Assembly (NCBI GenBank): GCA_013265495.1 | Contig: MU058844.1 | Location: 10,810,184-10,874,183, forward strand | Length of the DNA stretch: 64,000 nucleotides | Source: Vicugna vicugna | Lineage: Eukaryota | Reading direction: 5' to 3' | Shown: positions 62,996 to 64,000 of the stretch, in pieces | Numbering within the stretch: the stretch's first letter is position 1 | How the letters are laid out: each line of letters opens with the position of its first letter | Notes under the pieces: model-generated | Seen by the model: only the letters and a program-made list of their open reading frames with translations | What the model was told of the DNA's origin: nothing | Database searches by the model: none | Made by a program: the position numbers and the translations under genes

Positions 62996-64000
62996 CCCTC
63001 TTACACTTCCTTCTGCAAATTCACTAGCACTCACAGTTACATGGTCAATGTCTGTATGGATTTGTGTGTGAACTTGGTAGGGCTGTATTTTACCTTCCTC
63101 TTTGTCAGTGTCCTTGAATAGCTACCTCACTGGAGATGTATGGTGACAAAACAAAATGATAGATTTTAAGACGCTGTGAAAAAGTAGAAAGGACATTAAA
63201 CTATAAGAAATGCACTTACTTTGGGAACAGAATAAAAATGTTAATGAATAAGTCCGCTACTTCAATCAAATTCAACTCTTTAAAAGACAAAATAAAAATC
63301 TGAGTCATGATAAACTATTTTCTTAAGAAGTCTAGATTTGGAAATCATACATTTTCAAAACCCCTCATTCTATTGTCAAGTTCTTCAGCACACTGAAGGG
63401 TAAAATGTTTTTCTAGAAGGTAGATGGTGATACTTTGTCGGTTCTTCCATCACTAGCTAACTTTCTGATTGGGAGCAAATCAACCTCTTTGAACAGCAGT
63501 TTTCATCTTTAAAATAATTTTTTGATGGTTAGGTTTATCTTTTCAGCTCCCAAATTGAATAATGCTATTATTCTTTTCCTGTAATCATTGGCTTTTGGTA
63601 AAAAGAAATATATATATATATATATGCACAACTTTAACTTTAAATGTGCATAGAGGAAAAGTATGAGGTATCTTGATAGTAACCATTCTTCATACAAAGG
63701 AAAATAAACCAGTATGAGAGAAATTCACCAGAAGAAAGAAAAGTTCCTATTTTATGGGCTCTTGATAGAATCTGTACCCTTTAGCTCCATTTCTTTTCTC
63801 AATAGTCCAAAACCAATTTTATAACTCAGTTGTCTCCCAGCTAAATGTGAAGCCACTGCAGAGACGAGTTTGTGAAGCTTAACCATACAAAATGGTATAT
63901 CTAAAGAGAGCCCGCATATATTTGCAGGGACGTTTTTATAGTTGAAAGGAGCTTTGCTTCAGTTTGTTTTCCTTTTTTTTTCCTTTCTGCTGTGTGCTTA

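Noticed and set aside
1..64000. CRISPR array, operon, CpG-island promoter, rRNA or intact transposase/RT
   Set aside because: None seen; no long ORF, regularly spaced repeat array or CpG island in this mammalian sequence

Overview
AT-rich, CpG-depleted mammalian genomic DNA. A tRNA-derived SINE resembling camelid vic-1 (11434-11528, with perfect target-site duplications) and several laurasiatherian-type L1 3' ends point to a camelid (alpaca/llama/camel) or close relative. The window is essentially intergenic/intronic. It is dominated by old interspersed repeats: MIR, L2, L1MB/L1MC-type 3' ends, two MLT1 solo LTRs, a MER53-like MITE and a Charlie1-type hAT. I recognise none of the six-frame ORFs as a protein; several are explained by these repeats. 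The only gene-like signal is a set of splice sites on the minus strand near 56.3-57.5 kb that could be the 3' end of an unidentified gene. Other notable structure: a 294-bp near-perfect tandem duplication (4327-4914), two TF-motif/palindrome clusters (44.5 and 47.7 kb), and a stretch of ancient TEs with many CpGs (35.8-37.9 kb). I found no convincing evidence of a new biological system. Repeat family names come from my recall of consensus sequences, and their boundaries are approximate unless TSDs or TIRs are given.
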